The position numbers and the translations under genes are program-made. Below are positions 56,900 to 64,000 of a stretch of DNA of 64,000 nt, one piece after another. Location: the IMG/VR virus record IMGVR_UViG_3300010233_000008. The stretch is one strand, 5' to 3'. The stretch is from a virus. Each line of letters begins with the position of its first letter. Position 1 is the first letter of the stretch. The notes beneath the pieces were generated by a model. That model did not search any database, was not told the DNA's origin, and worked only from the letters and a program-made list of their open reading frames with translations.

Positions 56900-57092
56900 G
56901 TATTCTTCCCATGGTTATATTCTTTTGAAATCTTAATTCCGTACTTGGAAATGACCATATCTCACCATTAGAATCTAAGGCTACGGTAAATATAAGATTT
57001 TGCTCTTCGCTATAATCTATAACTAAAAAGGCTAATGCTGAGCCTTTATCTTTAGTGATTACCGGAATTTGGGGGTTAAGCTGGAGGATCAT
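56880..57092 (-). CDS. hypothetical protein (70 aa)
   Basis: - strand ORF convergent with 56555 gene. Confidence 0.35.
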   Translation of the reverse strand: MILQLNPQIPVITKDKGSALAFLVIDYSEEQNLIFTVALDSNGEIWSFPSTELRFQKNITMGRIPKQELA

Positions 57093-57112
57093 AAAATTTT
57101 TTCCTTAATGGC

Positions 57113-57141
57113 TTGACAATTACAATTCCGCATTATACAAT
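57113..57141 (+). promoter_or_regulatory. sigma70-like promoter TTGACA-17-TACAAT
   Basis: -35 57113-57118, -10 57136-57141; downstream ~390 nt has no convincing ORF. Confidence 0.45.
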
Positions 57142-57529
57142 ATGCAAATATCGGTGTCAATGGAAGACACCAAGTTTTCAAGGAAGAATTTGGAAAATTC
57201 ATTTCTAAAAAATCCATCCGGTTTTTGTAACCATTTGTTTTTCCCGGAATACTCATCAAAATCATGGTCGTCTGAAACCAGAGTCCCAAGCCACCGTAGA
57301 GAATGGGTAGTTATCCATATCCCGGCAATAGGCGTAGAAATACGGGGATTCAATGCGGCAACGAGTTATCAATTGGGCAAGCTACCAAATCAAAATGTCG
57401 GGCAACGATCCAAGACACTATCGACCCGCCCTAGGAATCATCTAGCAGGTAGCAAAAAATTGTTTTTCGACCGTGCTTGGGTTTAATCTTAGAAGAATCT
57501 AAGAGTAGCCTCTTGTCCCAGACAGATTT

Positions 57530-58303
57530 CTAGGATAAAGTGTCATTGCGCGCCGAATTAATTAGTTTTTTGGCAATTCTATTGATTTTCTTTAATTTGA
57601 CTCCAAAATGTCTGGCTATTTGTCGATTTGTCATATATCCAGAAATAATTTCTGTTTTTATTTCCTTCATCTCTAGATCGCTTAAATTTCTTGTGCCATT
57701 AGAAATGTTTTTTTGTTCTTCTTTGTGCGTTCCGGTTCTTTTCTTTGATGCCAATAATCTTTCGGCAATCAGTTCTCCTTCATCTACAGTCAATTCCTTG
57801 CCAAGACAGCGATATTTCCACCCCTTAACCCATTTCTTATCTTCACCTAAAAGTCTTAATCCTCTATAGGTTATTCCGTCACAAATCCCAATCAGTTGAT
57901 CCCTATATTCTTCCGTGACTATAATCTTTATCATATTCCCGTTGCGATCTTTTTTGCGAACGGGGATTGTTTGTTCGTTGGTTGGAAGTGGAATGCGTTT
58001 GGGAAGTTGCGGAAGAGAATTTAACTTGGCGGGAAGATTTTTAGCCTCATCGGCATATTTATTTTTTGTTCGTGGATCGCGTTTTACATGAAAAAACTTA
58101 TGGCATTCTTCGCAAAGAACAACTAAATCACTGTCTAGTTCTTTTCCTAATCTGACATAAGTATTGTGATGAACATTTAATTTTTTTGTACTCCGACATA
58201 ATTGACAACAATGATCGGCACGAATCAATGCGGACTTACGTTTTTCTTGCCATTCTGGAGATAAAATATATTGATTATAATCGACTCTATTGAGAGATTC
58301 CAT
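57530..58303 (-). CDS. HNH endonuclease with C-terminal sigma-region-4-like HTH (257 aa)
   Basis: HCCQLC..x..VHHN......LVVLCEECHKFFH HNH core; C-terminal MTNRQIARHFGVKLKKINRIAKKL HTH. Confidence 0.65.
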   Translation of the reverse strand: MESLNRVDYNQYILSPEWQEKRKSALIRADHCCQLCRSTKKLNVHHNTYVRLGKELDSDLVVLCEECHKFFHVKRDPRTKNKYADEAKNLPAKLNSLPQLPKRIPLPTNEQTIPVRKKDRNGNMIKIIVTEEYRDQLIGICDGITYRGLRLLGEDKKWVKGWKYRCLGKELTVDEGELIAERLLASKKRTGTHKEEQKNISNGTRNLSDLEMKEIKTEIISGYMTNRQIARHFGVKLKKINRIAKKLINSARNDTLS

Positions 58304-58479
58304 TGTTCGATCCTTGAACGAAATACATCAAACTCTCAGCGCAATGCTTGCCAGCGAATAGCGCCAAGAAATTTGATGTATTGTCGTGTGATGTTAATGG
58401 AATGCTGGCAAGCATTATTTTTGTATCATACCAAACATTATCCTAACTTCAAAGCAAAATTGCGATTATTCGAAAATGG

Positions 58480-58716
58480 TCAAGAATTTGACAAAATTGC
58501 ACTTTTGTGTTTTCCAGTTAATGTATTATGTTTGATTCTTTTTAGTGCATCAATTCCAAATCTATTAATTATTGCTTCGTCAATTCTTTCCAAATTAACA
58601 TCGGCTTTGTAATGAGTATTCAAGGCATAACTTAGTGAAATATCTTCCTCTGTTGATTTTTCGTTTCTTAATTCTCCAATAATTAATTCTTCGCAAAGCA
58701 TTGATCTAAAATCCAT
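58480..58716 (-). CDS. hypothetical protein, tandem paralog (78 aa)
   Basis: YAL......V.W..I..AI.NR....GLK.IK shared with 58740..58958. Confidence 0.4.
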   Translation of the reverse strand: MDFRSMLCEELIIGELRNEKSTEEDISLSYALNTHYKADVNLERIDEAIINRFGIDALKRIKHNTLTGKHKSAILSNS

Positions 58717-58739
58717 CTTTTAGCTCCTAAAAATTAAAT

Positions 58740-58958
58740 CTACTCAAAGCATTTCCCATTCCAAGCCATTTCCTTAATTTTCTTTAATCCCGACATACTC
58801 CATCTATTAACTATTGCAGTATTTATTTTCTTCCAATCAACTTTTTCTCCCGATCTAATTATTAGAGCATAAGTCTGAGCAATATCTTTTTGCTTTAATT
58901 TTTTATTGGATATTTCTATAAGAATCGTTTCTTCGCCATTGGTGATTTCAAATGTCAT
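58740..58958 (-). CDS. hypothetical protein, tandem paralog (72 aa)
   Basis: paralog of 58480..58716. Confidence 0.4.
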   Translation of the reverse strand: MTFEITNGEETILIEISNKKLKQKDIAQTYALIIRSGEKVDWKKINTAIVNRWSMSGLKKIKEMAWNGKCFE

Positions 58959-58991
58959 AATTTATTTCCTCGTTCTAGATATTATATATAA

Positions 58992-59510
58992 TTATCTAGA
59001 ATCAAAGCCTAGTTCCGAAAGACACTCATTAATTATTGCTTGATACGGTTTCCATTGCGTTGCCGAAAAATGTTTCCCGTTTTCATGTTTTTTGCTAAAC
59101 CATTTTGGGTAGTGACATTTTGCTTCATTATTTTCATATTTAGGAATTAATAATTTGCATTCGTATGGTCTATTGTTGAAGCTTAGCGAGCATCCATTTT
59201 CTGTCAGATTGGCGCATTCTCCTCCCCACGAAGCATCATATATCTTATTATTTCCTTTTACTCTTGGTCTGATAAAGTATATTGATCCGTATTCATCATT
59301 ATCTTCCTTATTTAATTTTCCATCCCAAGAATCTACCGCATAAAATCCGGACCGAAGACCGAAAAGTAATTTAATCTTTATATCTGATTCGGTATTTCCT
59401 ATGTCTGATGGAATATAGCATCCCGGAGCGGATTTACAGCATTGACCACCACACTTTTTGCATTGGCTGCCATCTACAAACTTTTTCTGTAATAATACGG
59501 GTAGATTCAT
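58992..59510 (-). CDS. Cys-rich hypothetical protein (172 aa)
   Basis: CKKCGGQCC plus further Cys/His residues; 4-nt overlap with HNH gene. Confidence 0.45.
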   Translation of the reverse strand: MNLPVLLQKKFVDGSQCKKCGGQCCKSAPGCYIPSDIGNTESDIKIKLLFGLRSGFYAVDSWDGKLNKEDNDEYGSIYFIRPRVKGNNKIYDASWGGECANLTENGCSLSFNNRPYECKLLIPKYENNEAKCHYPKWFSKKHENGKHFSATQWKPYQAIINECLSELGFDSR

Positions 59511-59875
59511 TTCTTTTTCCTACCACAATTTTCCTCATGTGACAATAATTGTAAATGTTCACCTTCTATACATGGTCTATTAAAGCATTTATGGTCTATC
59601 GTATCCCCATCCGGAATATCTCCATTATTTACTGCATAAGAAATTCTATGCACCCAGTATGCCTTACCTTTATATTTAATTTGTCCATAATTATCATCAT
59701 CTTTATATCCATTCCAAACTCGACATGAACAAATCATATTTGGACGAATGAAATTTTCTACCGTGGAATTATTAAGTAATTTTTGTCTGATAGAATCATC
59801 GGTGATTCTATCCATGGCTTTAGCTCGATTTATTTTACCCATCAAAATCCCCGAAGTCCAGTTACCTTTCTCCAA
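59507..59875 (-). CDS. HNH endonuclease (122 aa)
   Basis: GK.YWVHRISYAVNNGDIPDGDTIDHKCFNRPCIEGEHLQLLSHEEN = canonical phage HNH (VHR..Y...G.IP.G..IDH.C.N..C.NP.HL.L.T..EN). Confidence 0.7.
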   Translation of the reverse strand: MEKGNWTSGILMGKINRAKAMDRITDDSIRQKLLNNSTVENFIRPNMICSCRVWNGYKDDDNYGQIKYKGKAYWVHRISYAVNNGDIPDGDTIDHKCFNRPCIEGEHLQLLSHEENCGRKKK

Positions 59876-60123
59876 TTATCCTGCTCTTCGCGTTTTCTGT
59901 TATCTTCTTTAAGTCTATATATTGTATGGTTTTGATCTTTTATCTCTGCATCTAAACTTCTAATTGCCATTTCCTGTTGCTTAATATCCATTTCTAGTCT
60001 AGCAACTTCTAATTCTAAATTTCCCATTGACCTTTGCGCATCCAACAAATAATCCAAATAGGTTTCCGCTTTATCCTCTTCCTGAATACCATCTATAATA
60101 AAAGAAAATTCTTGGCTATTCAT
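59842..60123 (-). CDS. coiled-coil protein (93 aa)
   Basis: ELEVARLEMDIKQQEMAIRSLDAEIKDQ. Confidence 0.4.
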   Translation of the reverse strand: MNSQEFSFIIDGIQEEDKAETYLDYLLDAQRSMGNLELEVARLEMDIKQQEMAIRSLDAEIKDQNHTIYRLKEDNRKREEQDNWRKVTGLRGF

Positions 60124-61013
60124 CTTTTCCTCGCAAAATATCTAGTATTCTTAATAACTAAATCCAAATAAGTTTTAGTGCATCCTTCATTTATCCATAT
60201 TCTAAAATCTTTATTAAATGGAGGCAGTATAATTTTAACTGGTCGATATATTTCTTGTGCTAGTTTAACCGCTCCATCCTGTCCCGGCAAGAGAATTCCG
60301 CCATTTTTTTGAATTTTTTTTTCATCCCTATTACTAAATATTATTACTTCTCTTTTAGGAAATTGACGTAAATACATAGTAATAAATGAGATACCGGAAT
60401 TACAGTTGGCTCTACCGATTACTGGATAACCTAAATCAAGTAAGGCTAAATTATCTGTTGGACCTTCGCAAAAACAGATTGGGCCTTCGCCAGATAGATC
60501 GGAAGGAATAAATAAGCCATTCTCCGATCCCTTAATAGCCCATTTTTTACCATCTTCGGCTCTGAGTCGAATTCCTACAATCTTTCCAGTTCCATCCCTC
60601 ATTGGTATAGCCCAAGCCTTATGGGCTTCATGCCATTTAAATCCTAGTCGTTTAAGGCTATCTATTGAGACCCCCAATAGTTTAGATAGCTTTTCTAATC
60701 TAGGAGTTAATGTATCTTCTCGACATCTTTTAAGAATAGATTCAAAGTCCGGTTTTTCTTCTAATTCTTTTTCTGGCTTGTAATAGGAAGGAACGGTAAA
60801 ATTACCGTTCTTTTTTAAGCCAATACTAGCGAATACGTCGGGCCATAAACAACCCGCATGGCATTTAAGAAAAATGCGGTGTCCATCCTTACCTATAAAA
60901 ATAGATAATGAACGATGTTTGTCTTCATGGCAGGGACAAAAAGCGGTCCATCCATTTCCTGATCGCTTAACTCCCTTTAGGCGAGATAGGATATCGTGAG
61001 TTTTATCTTCCAT
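60120..61013 (-). CDS. DNA primase (CHC2 zinc finger + TOPRIM) (297 aa)
   Basis: CPCHEDKHRSLSI matches DnaG zinc-finger CPFH.E.TPSF; TOPRIM-like ICFCEGPTDNLAL and downstream acidic residues. Confidence 0.65.
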   Translation of the reverse strand: MEDKTHDILSRLKGVKRSGNGWTAFCPCHEDKHRSLSIFIGKDGHRIFLKCHAGCLWPDVFASIGLKKNGNFTVPSYYKPEKELEEKPDFESILKRCREDTLTPRLEKLSKLLGVSIDSLKRLGFKWHEAHKAWAIPMRDGTGKIVGIRLRAEDGKKWAIKGSENGLFIPSDLSGEGPICFCEGPTDNLALLDLGYPVIGRANCNSGISFITMYLRQFPKREVIIFSNRDEKKIQKNGGILLPGQDGAVKLAQEIYRPVKIILPPFNKDFRIWINEGCTKTYLDLVIKNTRYFARKR

Positions 61014-61255
61014 TAGGTTTTTGGTTCTGAGTTTTTGCTAGGAATTGGGTAATATTCTTTATTCATTATTGATAATGTTTCACGCCAATTAAATTCTTCG
61101 TTGCATTCTCGGCAACACGTTCGGCTTTTAGAGAATCCGTAATGGCAATTCCAAGCATATTGTCCTCCGCAAATCGTACAATACATTTTTTGTGTAGAAT
61201 AAATGCTCATTTTACATTGCCGGTGGAATTTGAATATTAAGATATTCCGCTGCAA
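61013..61255 (-). CDS. zinc-finger protein (80 aa)
   Basis: CTICGG...CCREC. Confidence 0.4.
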   Translation of the reverse strand: MQRNILIFKFHRQCKMSIYSTQKMYCTICGGQYAWNCHYGFSKSRTCCRECNEEFNWRETLSIMNKEYYPIPSKNSEPKT

Positions 61256-61613
61256 ACTTAAATATTTGTTCTAAATAATGACTGAATTCTTCTTTATTTA
61301 ATGATGCGGTTGATCTAGTCCTTTCTCCTACAACTTCTCCGGTTTCTTTATTAACTATTGGAGTAGACAAGAATTTTTTTCTTAATATTTCGTGTACTTC
61401 ATCATCTGTCAGCTGTTCTCCCCATTGATTATTTAGTCCCTTGGTAACATGAATTAAAACACATCCCCAATAATAATTATTTTGTGGAGTGGTTCTATTT
61501 CCAATACATTTCCTTGTGTCGAAATAATGTGGACCTCGCAATCCCTTAATAATATTAATGGCTATTTTTCGGATAGCCGGACTATCGAAATCTAGGATTG
61601 CTATTTCAGACAT
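61212..61613 (-). CDS. NinB/Orf-like recombination mediator (133 aa)
   Basis: RTTPQNNYYWGCVLIHVTKGL..WGEQLTDDEVHEIL parallels lambda NinB RNRSLDQNRKLWACLGDVSRQVEWHGRWLDAESWKCVF; moderate. Confidence 0.4.
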   Translation of the reverse strand: MSEIAILDFDSPAIRKIAINIIKGLRGPHYFDTRKCIGNRTTPQNNYYWGCVLIHVTKGLNNQWGEQLTDDEVHEILRKKFLSTPIVNKETGEVVGERTRSTASLNKEEFSHYLEQIFKFAAEYLNIQIPPAM

Positions 61614-61694
61614 TAATGGTAAAGGAAAAGGGTTTAACTGGTTTTCTGGAATCTTTGAAGAAATTAAGAATTACTTTCATTTTTAAACTTCCAA

Positions 61695-61946
61695 TTATTT
61701 TACAGTAAGTTTCGCCGGAACTTCAAAATAATTTTTGTAATTAAATACTAATGTTTTTCCGGAAATTCGGCGACAATAATTTCGTATTGATTGTAGTCGC
61801 GTTTTCCCATCTTCCCACGCAGAAACAAAAGCTCCCGGTTCTTTAATATCTCCATCCTCAAAACATGCTTGCCATATCCCCAATCCTTCATTAAAATTTG
61901 AAATAACCTTGTGTCCAACTAATTTTTCAAATTCAGATAGATTCAT
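61695..61946 (-). CDS. hypothetical protein (83 aa)
   Basis: leftward array member. Confidence 0.4.
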   Translation of the reverse strand: MNLSEFEKLVGHKVISNFNEGLGIWQACFEDGDIKEPGAFVSAWEDGKTRLQSIRNYCRRISGKTLVFNYKNYFEVPAKLTVK

Positions 61947-62007
61947 GCTTCCACCGCCCTAACTATTACGGCAGAGATAAAACAAATTCCGGAAAAAATG
62001 GTAAAAA

Positions 62008-62244
62008 TTATGGACATTTATCCTCCAATAATTTTTCTAAATCCAAAATATGAAGTTCGCACAAATTGGAGTGCATTTGTAATTCTGCAATATCCATGTC
62101 TTTTGCCAATCCCGTCCTTCGCATAATCCCATTTTCCGTAATAGTCCATTTTAAGGCATTTCCCCAACTTGGATGGAAGTCTGGATCAATTCTACAATGA
62201 TATTTTATTCCATTGAATCCCATATTATCCACCCAAATCTTCAA
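62008..62244 (-). CDS. hypothetical protein (78 aa)
   Basis: leftward array member. Confidence 0.4.
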   Translation of the reverse strand: MKIWVDNMGFNGIKYHCRIDPDFHPSWGNALKWTITENGIMRRTGLAKDMDIAELQMHSNLCELHILDLEKLLEDKCP

Positions 62245-62419
62245 TACGCAAAGTATTTAGGCTACATGCAATAGCCAATTCTGCAAGCTCCATGCTTTTT
62301 GATGTTCCTGATTCTAGGAGCTTATTTTCCTTATGATATTCGGCTAGATTGATTTCCCAAAGCCATTTTTTGCCTTTATTCCAATATGATCCGCAATATT
62401 TATCTGTTACGAATTTCAT
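62225..62419 (-). CDS. hypothetical protein (64 aa)
   Basis: ATG 62419 coincides with predicted TSS of upstream promoter (leaderless). Confidence 0.4.
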   Translation of the reverse strand: MKFVTDKYCGSYWNKGKKWLWEINLAEYHKENKLLESGTSKSMELAELAIACSLNTLRIEDLGG

Positions 62420-62425
62420 ATCTCT

Positions 62426-62453
62426 ATCATACCTAAATTTATTAATTTGTCAA
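62426..62453 (-). promoter_or_regulatory. sigma70-like promoter (- strand) TTGACA-16-TATGAT
   Basis: reverse complement of 62448-62453 = TTGACA and of 62426-62431 = TATGAT. Confidence 0.45.
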
Positions 62454-62463
62454 GAGAATTAAA

Positions 62464-62979
62464 TCAGAAAATTTCTATTTCTTCCGGAGCATTAGAATCC
62501 GATTTAAGATGATCTGGGCATTTCCATCCGTTTTGCGCAATGGCATCTATCCATTCCTTTGCTTGTTGAAATTTTACATTAGTTGGCAATCCATGCTTAC
62601 GAAGGATTTTCGCCATTTTAAACGTGCATTGATCTTTATCCCTTCTACCAATTATTTCACCAATAATTTGTTTTGCTTCTGTATAATTTAGTTTATCGGT
62701 ATTGATTCCCTGTTTCTGTAAGAAGGAATCCATCTTCTCTGAAATCGGTTTTCCAATATCCCAACCTCTAGCTCTTTGGGGTTCAAGATGAAGTATATCA
62801 AATGGAGATATTTCGAATGAACTATATTTAGCCTTAGGAGTTAATGCCGCACGTCGTTTAGCTTCTAATTCTTTAGCCTTGATTTCTTCCGCATGAGCTT
62901 CTTTTGCAGCTTGCGAAAGAGTATCCATCATATTAACTGGTTGCTTAGATTCTCTAGCTTTTCTTTGTGCGCGTTCCAC
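62464..62979 (-). CDS. hypothetical protein, possibly C-terminal continuation of the helicase (171 aa, GTG start in ORF track)
   Basis: same reading frame as helicase gene; 51 stop-free codons separate it from helicase TAA. Confidence 0.4.
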   Translation of the reverse strand: MERAQRKARESKQPVNMMDTLSQAAKEAHAEEIKAKELEAKRRAALTPKAKYSSFEISPFDILHLEPQRARGWDIGKPISEKMDSFLQKQGINTDKLNYTEAKQIIGEIIGRRDKDQCTFKMAKILRKHGLPTNVKFQQAKEWIDAIAQNGWKCPDHLKSDSNAPEEIEIF

Positions 62980-63132
62980 TATCTCTTCTGAATAATTACC
63001 GCCTAAAATATCCGCAGAAGAAACTAATTTATGTTTGCCGGAATTACCTACGAAATCTATAATTTCTAGATGAGGGATTGGGGAGCTAGCAATTGCTAAT
63101 TTGCGTTCTTCGGGAGTAGAATATTTATCGAC

Positions 63133-64000
63133 TTAGCCGGGAGGATAGGGTCGAGTGCCACGCCCGACCATCTGACTAAATAATGGACGAGACTTTGTAG
63201 GTCTGCCCATTACAACTACTTCTACTTTTGGCTCGTCCCAACCTTCAACTGTGATGCCAACATTAATTAAGAAGCGAAATCTCCCTTGGGAATAATCAGA
63301 AAACATTTGCCTGCGTTCATCTTTTGGTGTAGTTCCACATACCCATTGAGCGCAATTAGATTCGTACCTATTAAATATTTCTGATAGCCTTTCCGCATGA
63401 GCTACTGATGCCGCAAAAACCAATGTGGTTCTACCATTAGATATTTCAAATGTTGGTGCGGCAATTTTTAGTAGATTTTCTTCATATTCCATTACTTTGG
63501 CCAAATCGCCACCATTCAAATCTCCTGCCGTAGTTCTGCATTGAGATAAATCTAATCCTTCGACAGTTACATATCTTTGCTGAATTGGTAATAGCCATCC
63601 ATCATTAATGGCATCGGTTAATTCATAATCAACCGACCCATAAATTTGTCCCAATGCTTCTTCGTCTGCCCTGTCGGGAGTCGCAGTAACCCCCAAATGA
63701 CGACAATTGGGATTCGACATGAAATAACTACTAATGTGTTTATAAGAAGAACTAGTAGAATGTTGCGATTCGTCTGTGATTAATAGGGTAAATTCCTCTT
63801 TGGGGAAACGAGAAATTCTTCCCTCTCCTTCGCCAGCAATTAGCGTCTGAACGGAAGCGACTACTACTTTTTTCTTGCCAAACATTCCATGTGTTTGGTC
63901 GGCGCGATATTCTGCCATTTCAATATCAACTTCTTCGCCAGTAACTTTTTTAATCTTATCTGCTGCCTGCCATATTAATTCTTCCCTATGAGCTATAACC
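63133..64000 (-). CDS. SF2 DExH-box helicase, 5' end beyond window edge (partial)
   Basis: motif II LITDESQH, motif III GVTATP, motif VI QMVGRGTR; reading frame stays open upstream of Met 63918 to position 64000, so the N-terminus with Walker A lies outside the window. Confidence 0.7.
   Translation of the reverse strand, partial: VIAHREELIWQAADKIKKVTGEEVDIEMAEYRADQTHGMFGKKKVVVASVQTLIAGEGEGRISRFPKEEFTLLITDESQHSTSSSYKHISSYFMSNPNCRHLGVTATPDRADEEALGQIYGSVDYELTDAINDGWLLPIQQRYVTVEGLDLSQCRTTAGDLNGGDLAKVMEYEENLLKIAAPTFEISNGRTTLVFAASVAHAERLSEIFNRYESNCAQWVCGTTPKDERRQMFSDYSQGRFRFLINVGITVEGWDEPKVEVVVMGRPTKSRPLFSQMVGRGTRPYPPG

Noticed and set aside
58271-58612. Plus-strand ORF 58271..58612
   Set aside because: Overlaps the start of the HNH gene and the paralog gene on the - strand. 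Odd composition.
1-64000. CRISPR arrays, integrase/transposase genes, rRNA genes
   Set aside because: No direct-repeat/spacer periodicity, no tyrosine or serine recombinase or DDE motifs, and no rRNA-like sequence found on inspection.

Overview
This window looks like a tailed bacteriophage genome of roughly one third G+C, using the standard genetic code (TAA, TGA and TAG are all used as stops). The domain calls in this summary are motif-level inferences, not search results. I see no host genes, integrase, transposase or CRISPR array. 1135-1580 is an unusual GC-rich tandem hairpin-repeat island. 1650-13253 is a rightward Mu-like head module: portal, Mu-F/SPP1-gp7-like minor head protein, protease-scaffold, decoration-like protein, major capsid and a DUF1320 connector. 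Embedded in the structural region is a glycan-tailoring cassette (13279-17659: FkbM-type methyltransferase, class I methyltransferase, a tri-domain protein with two tandem GT9 heptosyltransferase-like domains plus a GT-A domain, and a TylF-like O-methyltransferase). It is followed by an antisense moron island, a 1329-aa protein with an inorganic-pyrophosphatase-like N-domain and a ~1200-aa disordered tail, and a GT-A/sulfotransferase fusion. Two tRNAs (Thr-TGT, Gly-TCC) follow a promoter-driven structured non-coding region. The tail module (28.8-44.7 kb) contains a tail fibre with a CBM-like domain, a tape-measure-like protein, and three paralogous antisense free-standing HNH endonuclease genes. 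It ends in a 991-aa Ser/Thr-rich mucin-like protein, immediately followed by a Zn-ribbon/GT9/GT-A protein, a fourth methyltransferase and a dual-specificity phosphatase. I propose this is a previously undescribed phage-encoded virion-protein O-glycosylation system, analogous to bacterial autotransporter heptosyltransferases. From 48.5 kb to the window end there is a compact leftward replication/early operon (primase, SF2 helicase truncated at the window edge, NinB-like protein, PD-(D/E)XK nuclease, SPFH protein, DUF4326, HNH endonucleases, tandem paralog pairs). Near-consensus sigma70-type promoters (TTGACA-16/17-TAnnAT) recur, several positioned for leaderless mRNAs.
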